Source of the DNA: a virus
IMG/VR virus record: IMGVR_UViG_3300045988_176929
Length of the DNA: 54,964 nucleotides
Direction: 5' to 3' (one strand)
Positions 44,153-52,904 of this stretch are shown here, in pieces. The translations under genes and the position numbers were made by a program. A model generated the notes under the pieces. That model did not search any database and was not told where the DNA came from. It saw only the letters and a list, made by a program, of their open reading frames with translations. The stretch's first letter is position 1, and each line of letters begins with the position of its first letter.

Positions 44153-44476
44153 ATGGTTGAGGATTTTAGAATAAAAAATGAATGTGATCCAAATGTAATT
44201 ATTATTAAGGATTTTATTTGGGAAATATTAAAAGAAACAATTGTAAAACAATTTTCTGTTGTAAATATTGACAAGGAAATTGAAATTGACTTTGAAATTG
44301 ATATTACAAAAATAAAGATATGTGGATTAAGTTTGGTTGTTGTTGATGAAGGGATGTATAAATTTATAGATTGGGATTTTACAGTTGGTATGCTTGATTC
44401 ATATTATCAAAGATCTATTAAGGATAGAAAGGGTGATGAGTATGCGGAGGGTTGTGAAAACAAAATGCAGGATTAA
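44153..44476 (+). CDS. Hypothetical protein (no RBS of its own; see the A7 slippery site upstream)
   Basis: 107-aa ORF. Confidence 0.45.
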   Translation: MVEDFRIKNECDPNVIIIKDFIWEILKETIVKQFSVVNIDKEIEIDFEIDITKIKICGLSLVVVDEGMYKFIDWDFTVGMLDSYYQRSIKDRKGDEYAEGCENKMQD

Positions 44477-44669
44477 AAGATATTCTATATATAATGTTGC
44501 ACCAACTAATTTTTCAGCTATTTTTATAGAGTGTAAGCCACAACAAATATGGGGATATGTAAAGTTTGAGGATAAGGTAGATTTGATTAGGGACAATGTT
44601 AGTATGTATATTTCAATATCTGATTTTGAAGAAAATTGGGAGGTTATTGATGATGGAAAGAATGAGTAA
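44436..44669 (+). CDS. Hypothetical protein
   Basis: In-frame ATG within ORF 44385..44669. Confidence 0.4.
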   Translation: MSMRRVVKTKCRIKRYSIYNVAPTNFSAIFIECKPQQIWGYVKFEDKVDLIRDNVSMYISISDFEENWEVIDDGKNE

Positions 44670-45138
44670 GAAGGATTATTATTTAGGTATTGCATTAGCT
44701 GTTTCAAAACGATCCCCATGTTTAAGAAGACGTTATGGTTGTATCATTGTAAAGAATGATGAGATAATTGCAACTGGGTATAATGGATCCCCTAGAGGTG
44801 AGTTAAATTGTTGTGATTGCTATGAGGAATGTCCAAGAAAAGATAAGCCACATAATTCTGGGGATTATTCAGATTGCACATCAGTTCATGCTGAACAAAA
44901 TGCTATGTTATCAGCTGCAAGGAAAGATATGATTGGTGCAACAATGTATTTGGTAGCAGAAGAGGTTTATTTCAATCTTAAGGAGGTTCATTTATGGGGT
45001 AAACTTAAGGGTATAAAACCATGCCCTATTTGTGAACGTATGATAAAGAATGCAGGAATAGAAAGAATAATAACAGTAGAAGGAATTATTTGGAAAAAAA
45101 GAAATCTTGAAAAGGTGGTTAAAAATGGTTGGTTATAA
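44650..45138 (+). CDS. dCMP deaminase (ComEB-like)
   Basis: ATG after GGGAGG; VHAEQNA and PCPICERMI zinc motifs. Confidence 0.85.
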   Translation: MMERMSKKDYYLGIALAVSKRSPCLRRRYGCIIVKNDEIIATGYNGSPRGELNCCDCYEECPRKDKPHNSGDYSDCTSVHAEQNAMLSAARKDMIGATMYLVAEEVYFNLKEVHLWGKLKGIKPCPICERMIKNAGIERIITVEGIIWKKRNLEKVVKNGWL

Positions 45139-45296
45139 AATTAGAACAAGTATAAATGAATTTTTTGGATGTTTGGATATAGTTATCATAACAATATAGA
45201 TAATGAATGTTGTCCAGATTTTAGTTGTTGTAATAAAGGAATAAAAACAAGGTTTTTTAAAAGAGTTAAAATTTTTGTAAAGGATATGGATAGAAT

Positions 45297-46160
45297 ATGG
45301 GGATAATTGATGACATTAAAAATGATTCAATAAAGAATGGTTCTAAAGTTCAATCAACAGAATCAGCGAAAATGGAAGTTATTCTAAATAAACTTTTTTA
45401 TTTACCAAAGGATGTGGATGAAGAGGTTAAGTTTGTTAAACAGGTTATGACAAGGGGTTTGGAATCTCAGGAACGTGTTGGACTTCATGCTTCTGCAATG
45501 ATTGTTTCTGATAAACAGTTTTGTATAAGGCAACAGGTTTTAAGTTTAATATTTAAACAACTACAAGGGGAACAATTACCTGTAAGTCTTATGAGGATAT
45601 TTGAGGAAGGAAATGCAATCCATGAAAAATGGCAAAGACTTTTAATTCGTGGTGGTTATGCAAAAGCTAAAACTCTTGATAGAACAAGAATGGATAGTGA
45701 ATATCAAATAAGCTTTACTCCTGATATTGTTTGTAAGATTCCTGAATTTTATGATGGGGCAATGATTGGAGAAATTAAATCGGTTAATCCATTTCAGTTT
45801 AAGAAAATGACTTCCCATCCAAAAGCACATAGTCAGTTACAATTTTATATGTATCTTTGCATGAAGGCTGCAAAGGAAAAAGGTGTATGGAATGGTAAAG
45901 ATTATATGAAGGGTTTTGTTCTTTGTGATGATAAAGGTGGACAGGATTTTAAAACCTTTATTTACGATTATGAACCAGAAACTGTTGCACCATTCATTGA
46001 AAGAAGCGAAGCTGTAACATATCACTTTAATAAATTCAATGAAGAAGGTAAAATGGTTAAACGTAAAAAGGAATGTACTTCATATAATTGTAAGCTTGCT
46101 GAAAAATGTCCAATGAAAGATGCTTGTTGGAATAAAGGAATGGGAAGGATTAGATTGTAA
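45297..46160 (+). CDS. PD-(D/E)XK exonuclease (Cas4/RecB-like) with a C-terminal Cys cluster
   Basis: FTPDIV...GEIKS...QLQFYMYL; CTSYNCKLAEKCPMKDAC. Confidence 0.65.
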   Translation: MGIIDDIKNDSIKNGSKVQSTESAKMEVILNKLFYLPKDVDEEVKFVKQVMTRGLESQERVGLHASAMIVSDKQFCIRQQVLSLIFKQLQGEQLPVSLMRIFEEGNAIHEKWQRLLIRGGYAKAKTLDRTRMDSEYQISFTPDIVCKIPEFYDGAMIGEIKSVNPFQFKKMTSHPKAHSQLQFYMYLCMKAAKEKGVWNGKDYMKGFVLCDDKGGQDFKTFIYDYEPETVAPFIERSEAVTYHFNKFNEEGKMVKRKKECTSYNCKLAEKCPMKDACWNKGMGRIRL

Positions 46161-46375
46161 TGCCAAAGCCATTAATGAATTATGAAGGTAGATGTGGATC
46201 ATGTAAACATTTTGCATTTGTTGTATTGAATGGTGTGTTAAGATATAGAGGATATTGTGATTGTGCTCCTATGAATCTATTTAACAATAGAGATGGAAAA
46301 GGAAATGTATATGTTGCAAGACATAGTAATTATAGGCAAGCATCACAAAGAAAGTGTAGGAGATATGAGGAGTAA
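46160..46375 (+). CDS. Small Cys-rich protein
   Basis: 71 aa, TAATG coupling. Confidence 0.45.
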   Translation: MPKPLMNYEGRCGSCKHFAFVVLNGVLRYRGYCDCAPMNLFNNRDGKGNVYVARHSNYRQASQRKCRRYEE

Positions 46376-46538
46376 AAGAACGTCAGTTGTAAATACATGG
46401 CAATGTGCTATATGTGGGAGGGATTTTGTTTATTGGCCAAAATCCTCTGGGAGAATTGAAACTGTAATAACAAAACGCAATACTGTTGTAAAATTTCATA
46501 CAAGGTGTTATGAAGAAATGTTAAAGGAACAAAGGTAG
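46365..46538 (+). CDS. Small zinc-finger-like protein
   Basis: WQCAICGRDF...HTRCY; start uncertain (46293 or 46365). Confidence 0.4.
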   Translation: MRSKRTSVVNTWQCAICGRDFVYWPKSSGRIETVITKRNTVVKFHTRCYEEMLKEQR

Positions 46539-46548
46539 GGTATTTAAA

Positions 46549-46779
46549 ATGCAAGGTGAATTTTTTAAATCATGTGAAAAAGTTGTTGAAAAAACAAAAG
46601 TTGACTTACTTGAAATGATAGTAACAGGAACTGCTGATAAACCATACTATCAATTAAAATACCACGAATTAGGTACTGATGTAATATGTATAGGTTATGG
46701 ATCTTATTTTATTGAAAATGTATTTGAATGGAAGAATGAGTATTTTGAATTAGTTAAAGAAGTAGTTCAGGAATTGTAA
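46549..46779 (+). CDS. Hypothetical protein
   Basis: 76 aa. Confidence 0.5.
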   Translation: MQGEFFKSCEKVVEKTKVDLLEMIVTGTADKPYYQLKYHELGTDVICIGYGSYFIENVFEWKNEYFELVKEVVQEL

Positions 46780-46813
46780 ATGTATTTAAGTAAATCTTGT
46801 AATGGAGGTTAGT

Positions 46814-46954
46814 ATGAGTAAAGACATTTCCACCATGTATACTAAACAGAAGAATGTGAAGGCAGGGTGCCGTGGTTATGGTAATTGGAAAAGAGAGAAG
46901 GAGGATACGATTAGTCCTAAGCAATATGGCCAGTTCAGAGGGGGTAAAAGGTAA
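46814..46954 (+). CDS. Small basic protein (46 aa)
   Basis: ATG after GGAGGT; TAATG coupling downstream; below the ORF-track cutoff. Confidence 0.45.
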   Translation: MSKDISTMYTKQKNVKAGCRGYGNWKREKEDTISPKQYGQFRGGKR

Positions 46955-47178
46955 TGATTATTAAAAGGCATAAGGAAATACGTTGTGATATTTGCAATAG
47001 TAATATTGGGAGAGATTTTTTATTAACAAGGGATAAACGTGTTGTTAGAATTAAATGTTACAATGTTGAATGTGATGGTAAATTAGAAATAAATAAAAAT
47101 ATTGATTTATGTTGGTCCTGTTATAGTGCTTTAATGAGAGAAGTAAAAGCTAATGTACCTACACAAATCGAAGTATAA
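46954..47178 (+). CDS. Zinc-ribbon protein
   Basis: CDICNS...CWSC. Confidence 0.5.
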   Translation: MIIKRHKEIRCDICNSNIGRDFLLTRDKRVVRIKCYNVECDGKLEINKNIDLCWSCYSALMREVKANVPTQIEV

Positions 47179-47470
47179 TATAGGTGATACAATTTATTAT
47201 ATTCCAAGAGGAATAAAAATAAAATGGGATGTATATATTTTAAAAGGAACAATTAATAAAATAAATATCTTTAAAGATAAAATTTCTTATAATGTTGTAA
47301 ATTTTGAATTGATTTTAAACAAAACAAATTATCCTGTTAATTATCAGAAATTTGCTTTGTTTGATGAATCAATAATTAATCCTGAAAATGAACTATCAGG
47401 GAATCCATTGTTTTTTACTTCAAAAGAGCTTTGTAAAGCATATATAAAAAGGAGATTAAAACGTGGCTAA
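47153..47470 (+). CDS. Hypothetical protein
   Basis: 105 aa. Confidence 0.45.
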   Translation: MYLHKSKYNIGDTIYYIPRGIKIKWDVYILKGTINKINIFKDKISYNVVNFELILNKTNYPVNYQKFALFDESIINPENELSGNPLFFTSKELCKAYIKRRLKRG

Positions 47471-47648
47471 ATATTGTCCGTTATATAATTCCAAAGTTAT
47501 CTATTTAGATTGTTTAGAATGTGAAAATAAAATATGTAAAAAGGAGAATAATAAAAATGTCAATGTATCAGGATCAAACATTAACAGACTTAATGGGAGA
47601 AAGAGGATTCAAATTCCACGATGTAACAAAGTTACAGGAAAGCAATAA
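47463..47648 (+). CDS. Small Cys-rich protein
   Basis: GTG after AAGGAG; CPLY...CLECENKIC; overlaps the next gene, so the end is uncertain. Confidence 0.35.
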   Translation: MAKYCPLYNSKVIYLDCLECENKICKKENNKNVNVSGSNINRLNGRKRIQIPRCNKVTGKQ

Positions 47649-47856
47649 ATATTGTTTTCGATTTGTAAAAAGTATTGTTATCTGTGAAGTAATTGCAAAT
47701 GGTATATACAGATTTATTTATACAAACAAAGAAATATTAGGCTGGGTTACATCAGGATGGTTAGATCAGGTAACAAACAATGACTTATTTAATGAACGGT
47801 TATTATTGTTTATCAAAACAATAGAACCTTTGGTAAATGTTTATGGGGAAGAATAA
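47557..47856 (+). CDS. Hypothetical protein
   Basis: ATG after AAGGAGAA. Confidence 0.5.
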   Translation: MSMYQDQTLTDLMGERGFKFHDVTKLQESNKYCFRFVKSIVICEVIANGIYRFIYTNKEILGWVTSGWLDQVTNNDLFNERLLLFIKTIEPLVNVYGEE

Positions 47857-48457
47857 AATAATTATTGGTATAGATCAATCCTATCAAGATACTGGTATTG
47901 CAATAGGTTTGAATGGTGAAATAAAAACTGCAAAGGATATTGAACTTCATTCCTTAAAAAATAATTCATTAAGACGGGAACGTTTAAGGGATCAATTAAA
48001 AATAATGTATGGATTTGCTTATGATAAAGCAAGTAAATACGATGCCTCTGTAACAGTCCTAATCGAGCGAATAAGGCTCCAATCACAAGGCTTCCTTAAC
48101 ATTGATTACATAAAGTCAATAGGTGCCTTAAATGCTCTTATATGCGATGTAGCAATGTATTATAATTTTCCTGTTTATTCTGTTGATACACGTGCTTGGA
48201 AATCAACTGTAATAGGAACATCAAAAACACAAAACAATCCTTATGGAATAGATCCACATAAATGGCCAACAATTCTTTGGTGTATAAATCATGGGTATGA
48301 AAACTACATAAAATATCCAATAACAAATAACAGGAAACAAAAAGGAGTAATAACCAAAAACAATGAACGATACTCTTACAACGATAATACAGCAGATTCC
48401 ATTGGTATTTGTTTGTATGGATTTACTCCTAACCCAAAAATAAAGGAGGAACATTAA
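47837..48457 (+). CDS. RuvC-like Holliday junction resolvase
   Basis: IIIGIDQSYQDTGIAI N-terminal motif; late acidic residue (DNTADSIGI). Confidence 0.55.
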   Translation: MFMGKNKIIIGIDQSYQDTGIAIGLNGEIKTAKDIELHSLKNNSLRRERLRDQLKIMYGFAYDKASKYDASVTVLIERIRLQSQGFLNIDYIKSIGALNALICDVAMYYNFPVYSVDTRAWKSTVIGTSKTQNNPYGIDPHKWPTILWCINHGYENYIKYPITNNRKQKGVITKNNERYSYNDNTADSIGICLYGFTPNPKIKEEH

Positions 48458-48636
48458 TGGGTAAGAAAATATATGACTGGGTTAAATTAAAACCTGAAAT
48501 CATGGATCTTGTTAATCAAGGTAAATCAATACATGACATTCTAGACTACATTGCTGAAAAATACCAAAAATATCCTGAACCTGCTTTTATATCCAAGAAA
48601 ATAAGAATATGGAAAAAGGAGGAACAGAATGGCTAA
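48457..48636 (+). CDS. Small HTH-like protein (59 aa)
   Basis: ATG after AAGGAGGA; TAATG coupling; below the ORF-track cutoff. Confidence 0.5.
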   Translation: MGKKIYDWVKLKPEIMDLVNQGKSIHDILDYIAEKYQKYPEPAFISKKIRIWKKEEQNG

Positions 48637-48853
48637 ATCTTCATACCATGTTTGTTACCATTGCAAAGACAGAACCGTTGGTTGTCATGCTTCCTGTAAA
48701 TTATATCAGGATGAAAAGAAAGAACGTGATAAACAAAGGGAGCAAATAACAAATGAAAACATTATAGGTTCTACAATTCATAACTTACAAAAAGAACGTT
48801 ATTACAACCGTAACAATCGACAACGTAAAGTATACAAAACACATAAACGTTAA
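48629..48853 (+). CDS. Cys/His-rich small protein
   Basis: HVCYHCKDRTVGCHASC. Confidence 0.5.
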   Translation: MAKSSYHVCYHCKDRTVGCHASCKLYQDEKKERDKQREQITNENIIGSTIHNLQKERYYNRNNRQRKVYKTHKR

Positions 48854-48862
48854 CATACCTCT

Positions 48863-48888
48863 GAGGCATCGTCTGATGCCTCTATTTT
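48863..48888 (+). terminator. Rho-independent terminator
   Basis: GAGGCATC-GTCT-GATGCCTC, then TATTTT. Confidence 0.8.
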
Positions 48889-48931
48889 CGAGTTTAACAT
48901 TCCCATTGACACATTATTCCATAATGATCCC

Positions 48932-48961
48932 AAACCGTCTGTATGGTCAAAATACGACGTT
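48932..48961 (+). promoter_or_regulatory. Motif AAACCGTCTGTATGGTCAAAATACGACGTT (member of the conserved intergenic family)
   Basis: Shares AAACCGTCT.TATG..CAAATACG with 32393-32420, and AAATACGACGTT with 7883-7894. Confidence 0.55.
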
Positions 48962-48987
48962 ATAATCACATCATGTTTTACACCCTG

Positions 48988-49016
48988 TTGACAAAATAAA
49001 TAAAAAGTATTAATAT
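48988..49016 (+). promoter_or_regulatory. Sigma-A-like promoter
   Basis: TTGACA, 17-nt spacer, TAATAT. Confidence 0.5.
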
Positions 49017-49054
49017 TTAATCAAAACAAACACTTTTAGGAGGTAAAATCAATA

Positions 49055-49270
49055 ATGAACCATATTATTAGTTATTTGAAATTAGCAAATTTAAAATGTT
49101 ATGAAACATTCTTTACTTTAACAAAAGAAGATCAACAATTTGTTGCAGAACTTGCTTCACAAACAATTTATAGTTGTGAACAAATTGCAAAATGTTATTT
49201 AGACAATAAAAAAGATAAAAATAAAACAAAAACGGAGGTTTTAAAATATAATGTCAAACTTTTTAATTGA
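49055..49270 (+). CDS. Hypothetical protein
   Basis: 71 aa, AGGAGGT RBS. Confidence 0.5.
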   Translation: MNHIISYLKLANLKCYETFFTLTKEDQQFVAELASQTIYSCEQIAKCYLDNKKDKNKTKTEVLKYNVKLFN

Positions 49271-49463
49271 ATATGAAGAAATAGAACAATGTATTAAGGA
49301 TTTGGTTATTAAAAACAATATGGAAGAAGAATTTAACAAATTATCAATAACTCAAAAACTATTCATATATTATTATTTTTACAATACAACAGAATTTAAA
49401 CAGTATTTAGCTGTTTATAAAATTAAAAAGTTTATTTTAAATTTTGCCAAAATATTTAAATAA
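49251..49463 (+). CDS. Hypothetical protein
   Basis: 70 aa. Confidence 0.45.
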   Translation: MSNFLIEYEEIEQCIKDLVIKNNMEEEFNKLSITQKLFIYYYFYNTTEFKQYLAVYKIKKFILNFAKIFK

Positions 49464-49469
49464 ACCCTA

Positions 49470-49498
49470 TTGACATTTATTTTTATTTGTGGTATAAT
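49470..49498 (+). promoter_or_regulatory. Sigma-A-like promoter
   Basis: TTGACA, 17-nt spacer, TGgTATAAT. Confidence 0.6.
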
Positions 49499-49625
49499 AA
49501 TAACATAATTAAATAATAAATTATTTAATAATGTTATATATAATATTATATATTAATCTATTGTTTAATTATATAAATAACATTACTGTTAAAATATTTT
49601 TGTAAGAAAGGTAAAAGGTAAAAAA

Positions 49626-49844
49626 ATGAAAAAGAAAACAAAATTTAAAAAAGACATTATGGTTGTTTTACATAATGTATTACAAAATCAAATTTTTATT
49701 ATGAGTGTATTAAGTAATTCTAAAGAATTTGAAAATCAGAAAGGAGTATTATCTGAAGGTATTGTTAGTACAAATGATACAATCAAAATTAATATTGCTC
49801 CTTGGTTAAATTATGAAACAGAATGGGGTAAGAATGATGATTGA
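49626..49844 (+). CDS. Hypothetical protein
   Basis: 72 aa. Confidence 0.45.
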   Translation: MKKKTKFKKDIMVVLHNVLQNQIFIMSVLSNSKEFENQKGVLSEGIVSTNDTIKINIAPWLNYETEWGKNDD

Positions 49845-50175
49845 TTTTAGTAAATCCCCATGTTGTTACTGGTCAGATAATTGGAAAGCTAGTTATTTAC
49901 AAAGACAAATTCTTGTACACTCTATTATGTATTATGAAATGTCGGAAACTGTAATTGAAGATTTCCAATTTGACAGTATGTGTAAACAACTTATTCAGTT
50001 GTCAGAAAAAATGGGTGATGATTATAAAGAAACTCAGTATTATAAATACTTTTATGATTTTACTGGTGAAACAGGTTATTACTTTTATGATCGTCTTAGT
50101 AAAAATGATAAATCTTATTTAAAGAAAATTATTGATGTAGTGTTAAGAAACTACAAAAGTGGAGGATCAAAATAA
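49834..50175 (+). CDS. Hypothetical protein (weak resemblance to NAD-ligase N-terminal Ia helix)
   Basis: ILVHSIMYYEMSETVIEDFQFDSMCKQLIQL; start uncertain. Confidence 0.35.
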   Translation: MMIDFSKSPCCYWSDNWKASYLQRQILVHSIMYYEMSETVIEDFQFDSMCKQLIQLSEKMGDDYKETQYYKYFYDFTGETGYYFYDRLSKNDKSYLKKIIDVVLRNYKSGGSK

Positions 50176-50484
50176 ATGGCTATTAGAATGCGTGTAAACA
50201 ACAATAAAGATTCCCATTGCTTTAACTGTAATACAACATGGGTTAATACTCCTGTAATGTATGATCTTTCTATTGGTTATGAACATAAACAAAAAATATT
50301 ACCTGTTTGTAAAAAATGCATTGATGAACTTTTTACAAAAACATTAAAAGCTTCTACAATGTGGGATGCAAAGGTAAAAACAAAAGAAGATCAAGAAAGA
50401 ATCCGTAGGTCAAAACAAGGTACTATGCCAAAAGGAGAACCTTGGTCAGTGTCAAAAAATAAAAAGGATTATGAGGAGGATTAG
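50176..50484 (+). CDS. Zinc-finger-like small protein
   Basis: CFNC...CKKC. Confidence 0.5.
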   Translation: MAIRMRVNNNKDSHCFNCNTTWVNTPVMYDLSIGYEHKQKILPVCKKCIDELFTKTLKASTMWDAKVKTKEDQERIRRSKQGTMPKGEPWSVSKNKKDYEED

Positions 50485-50486
50485 CA

Positions 50487-50729
50487 ATGGCAGTTAATGA
50501 TGAAACTAGAATGACTTTTGAAGAAGTCATTGCTAAGATCGAACAAATTAAAAGGGAATCTTTAGAAAATAAGAAAATGGTTGCTATTCTCCAAAATAAT
50601 TTGTTAGATACAAATAACAAATATTTAAAAGAGCATGAAGAAAGAGTGAAACTTGAAAAACAAATTGAACACTATCAATGGTTGTTATCAGTAAATGGTA
50701 TTATTGTCGAGGAGGATGATTTAAAATGA
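50487..50729 (+). CDS. Coiled-coil protein
   Basis: 80 aa. Confidence 0.5.
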   Translation: MAVNDETRMTFEEVIAKIEQIKRESLENKKMVAILQNNLLDTNNKYLKEHEERVKLEKQIEHYQWLLSVNGIIVEEDDLK

Positions 50730-51322
50730 TTATTTTTGTTGAAGGAAATAAAGTTGATATTTCAGAATTTATTAATGGCTTTAAAAGCTCTATTGCATTT
50801 ATTGGGGATAAATTGAGAATAAATCTTGATGTTGTAAAAGATAAAATCAAGGTTATCGAAGAAATGCATAGAATTATGTGTGAACAAGATAAAAAAAATA
50901 GTGTGTTAAAAGAGAAACTTGATTCGGGAAGGGAAGATGAATCAAGTTGTGATACGACATTAAAAAAGAAAAATGAAATTTTAAAAAGAAATGTTAAGGT
51001 TGCAGAAGAAAATTATGCTAATATTAAGTTGAAATACGATTCACTTGTAGATCAGGTAAGGGAATTAAGGTCATTAAATTTAGAAAAAGCAGAAAAGATC
51101 CTCAATCTTGAAGTAGAGAAGAAAAGGTTATATGATGAATTGCAATTAGAAAAAGCAACTCGTAGAGTTAGTAATGCAACTAAAAATCTTGTTAAAGGGG
51201 ATGAGGTTGGAAAGAGATATTTAAATCCAACATTTGTTGAAGATGCTTATATTCCAAGTGATGCAATTATACCAAAAGAAGTAATTGCAGGTATAATTTT
51301 TGAAAGGCCTAAATTTTTATGA
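50726..51322 (+). CDS. Coiled-coil protein
   Basis: 198 aa. Confidence 0.5.
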   Translation: MIIFVEGNKVDISEFINGFKSSIAFIGDKLRINLDVVKDKIKVIEEMHRIMCEQDKKNSVLKEKLDSGREDESSCDTTLKKKNEILKRNVKVAEENYANIKLKYDSLVDQVRELRSLNLEKAEKILNLEVEKKRLYDELQLEKATRRVSNATKNLVKGDEVGKRYLNPTFVEDAYIPSDAIIPKEVIAGIIFERPKFL

Positions 51323-51798
51323 ATAAAAGATCAACAAAATTTTATCGTAAGAACGAAGCAGAGGTAATGGAATCACTTGGTATGAAAGCTACAAAAAATT
51401 CTGGGAGTGGCTGGATTGAGAAGGAGGATGGGCAGAGCGATCAATTAATCTGTCAATTAAAAAGCACTGATGCACAAAGTATTAAGGTAAATCAAAAAGA
51501 CATAAGAATACTTGAATACAATGCATCTGTTGCTAATAAAATTCCTTTGTTTGCAATTCAATTCTTAAATACAAATGAGGTTTGGTTGATGATTAAACCA
51601 GAGGATGTGTTTAACGTTGCAGAAGCCTTAAATGGCGCTGTTATTACAAAACGGGATAATTTATTCAACGTTGATGAAACAACGCTATATGAGGCTCCTA
51701 GGAACGTTAGAAAGGCTATTAAATCATCATCAAATGCAAGGGAACGATTCCATGAAGAAAAAAATAAAAAATATGACAAAACAAGGAGTGCAACATAA
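51319..51798 (+). CDS. PD-(D/E)XK-like nuclease/resolvase candidate
   Basis: E..V...LG....NSGSG......D....ICQLKST pattern. Confidence 0.35.
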   Translation: MNKRSTKFYRKNEAEVMESLGMKATKNSGSGWIEKEDGQSDQLICQLKSTDAQSIKVNQKDIRILEYNASVANKIPLFAIQFLNTNEVWLMIKPEDVFNVAEALNGAVITKRDNLFNVDETTLYEAPRNVRKAIKSSSNARERFHEEKNKKYDKTRSAT

Positions 51799-51962
51799 TG
51801 GGTTTAACTTATATTAAATTCAAGAATCAGACTTATAAAGAGGTTGAAAATTTTGGCTGGATTGTTACTGAAAAGTTTTATTCTTTTTGGTTGAGTGAAG
51901 ATCATATGAAAGTTTTATCAGTTCCTATTGAAAATGTTTTATATATAGAAGATAAATTGTAG
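51798..51962 (+). CDS. Small hypothetical protein (54 aa)
   Basis: ATG 9 nt after AAGGAG; below the ORF-track cutoff. Confidence 0.5.
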   Translation: MGLTYIKFKNQTYKEVENFGWIVTEKFYSFWLSEDHMKVLSVPIENVLYIEDKL

Positions 51963-51972
51963 AGGTAAGTGT

Positions 51973-52281
51973 ATGAAAGGTGTAAAGGGATTAAGTGATG
52001 AACAGGTTTTGGAGTATGCTAAGGATTTCTTAAAAAGAAACGAGGATGGCCTGTTTGACATTAGAAAATATGCGGATATAGTTAACGTTCCTAAATCGAC
52101 GTTACATTTTCATTTCAAAACTAGATTAAAAGAGTTAAATTATAACCTTTGGCTTAAGTATTTAACAATTGCCAATAGAAATAAATTTCTTGGCGTTAAA
52201 AAGGGTGGCAAAGCCTGTGCAAAAATTTTAAAGGAGAAAAAGAAAAATGAAAGTAACAGTAAAAGAAGTTGTCAATTATAA
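51973..52281 (+). CDS. SpoIIID-like HTH transcription regulator
   Basis: VPKSTLHFHFKTRLKELNYNLW...NRNKFLGVKKGG parallels SpoIIID VSKSTVHKDLTERLPEINPDL...IRHLRGGEAT. Confidence 0.55.
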   Translation: MKGVKGLSDEQVLEYAKDFLKRNEDGLFDIRKYADIVNVPKSTLHFHFKTRLKELNYNLWLKYLTIANRNKFLGVKKGGKACAKILKEKKKNESNSKRSCQL

Positions 52282-52609
52282 AGGGCATAGTATTAAATCT
52301 AACGGAAGTGTTGATTTAAGTTTTAATGCAATGTACGATCAGGCAACTGAATCAATGAAAGCATTACAGATGTTAAACAATGATGTTAAGATAACGGCAA
52401 AACTTCCGGATCAGAAGCCATTTGTTATTGGAATGTTTAGAATTAAAAGCATTTCATTTGATGGGGATGGGGAAAGTGTTTTAAAGTTCAACTCGATTAA
52501 TGATTATGTTGAGCTTGACAACATGAACTCTTTAATAACTTCTGACAAGTTTACAATTCGTATGGAATCGAATGTTGAAGTTGAGTCGGGGGATGAGGAG
52601 GAAGAGTAA
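52247..52609 (+). CDS. Hypothetical protein with an acidic tail
   Basis: 120 aa, AAGGAG RBS. Confidence 0.5.
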   Translation: MKVTVKEVVNYKGHSIKSNGSVDLSFNAMYDQATESMKALQMLNNDVKITAKLPDQKPFVIGMFRIKSISFDGDGESVLKFNSINDYVELDNMNSLITSDKFTIRMESNVEVESGDEEEE

Positions 52610-52845
52610 TGGTTAAAGTTGAATACCAAGAGTTATCTTCCGCACAGATTCAGGATCAGCGTTCACTTGTGATTTCTGCCTGTTCTCGTGGCGGATATAC
52701 ACTTGCTCAAAGAATTGTTGTTAATGAGGGTACAAAGAAAACAAATTTGTTTTTAAAAAATGCGATTCATGTTGAGGATGAAGACGGATTGTATAATCTT
52801 CGGGATGCATTGAATGATGCTATTGAAATTATCAATAAAAAATAA
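52609..52845 (+). CDS. Hypothetical protein
   Basis: 78 aa, TAATG coupling. Confidence 0.5.
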   Translation: MVKVEYQELSSAQIQDQRSLVISACSRGGYTLAQRIVVNEGTKKTNLFLKNAIHVEDEDGLYNLRDALNDAIEIINKK

Positions 52846-52869
52846 TTTTAAATTTTTTTAAATTTGCTA

Positions 52870-52898
52870 TTGACACATTTTGATCGAAGTGTTAAAAT
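52870..52898 (+). promoter_or_regulatory. Sigma-A-like promoter
   Basis: TTGACA, 17-nt spacer, TAAAAT. Confidence 0.6.
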
Positions 52899-52904
52899 GA
52901 CAAT

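Noticed and set aside
45169-45306. 45-aa Cys-rich ORF (MFGYSYHNNIDNECCPDFSCC...) between the deaminase and the nuclease.
   Set aside because: It has no RBS. It is possibly real given the many small Cys-rich proteins here, but I cannot support it from sequence alone.
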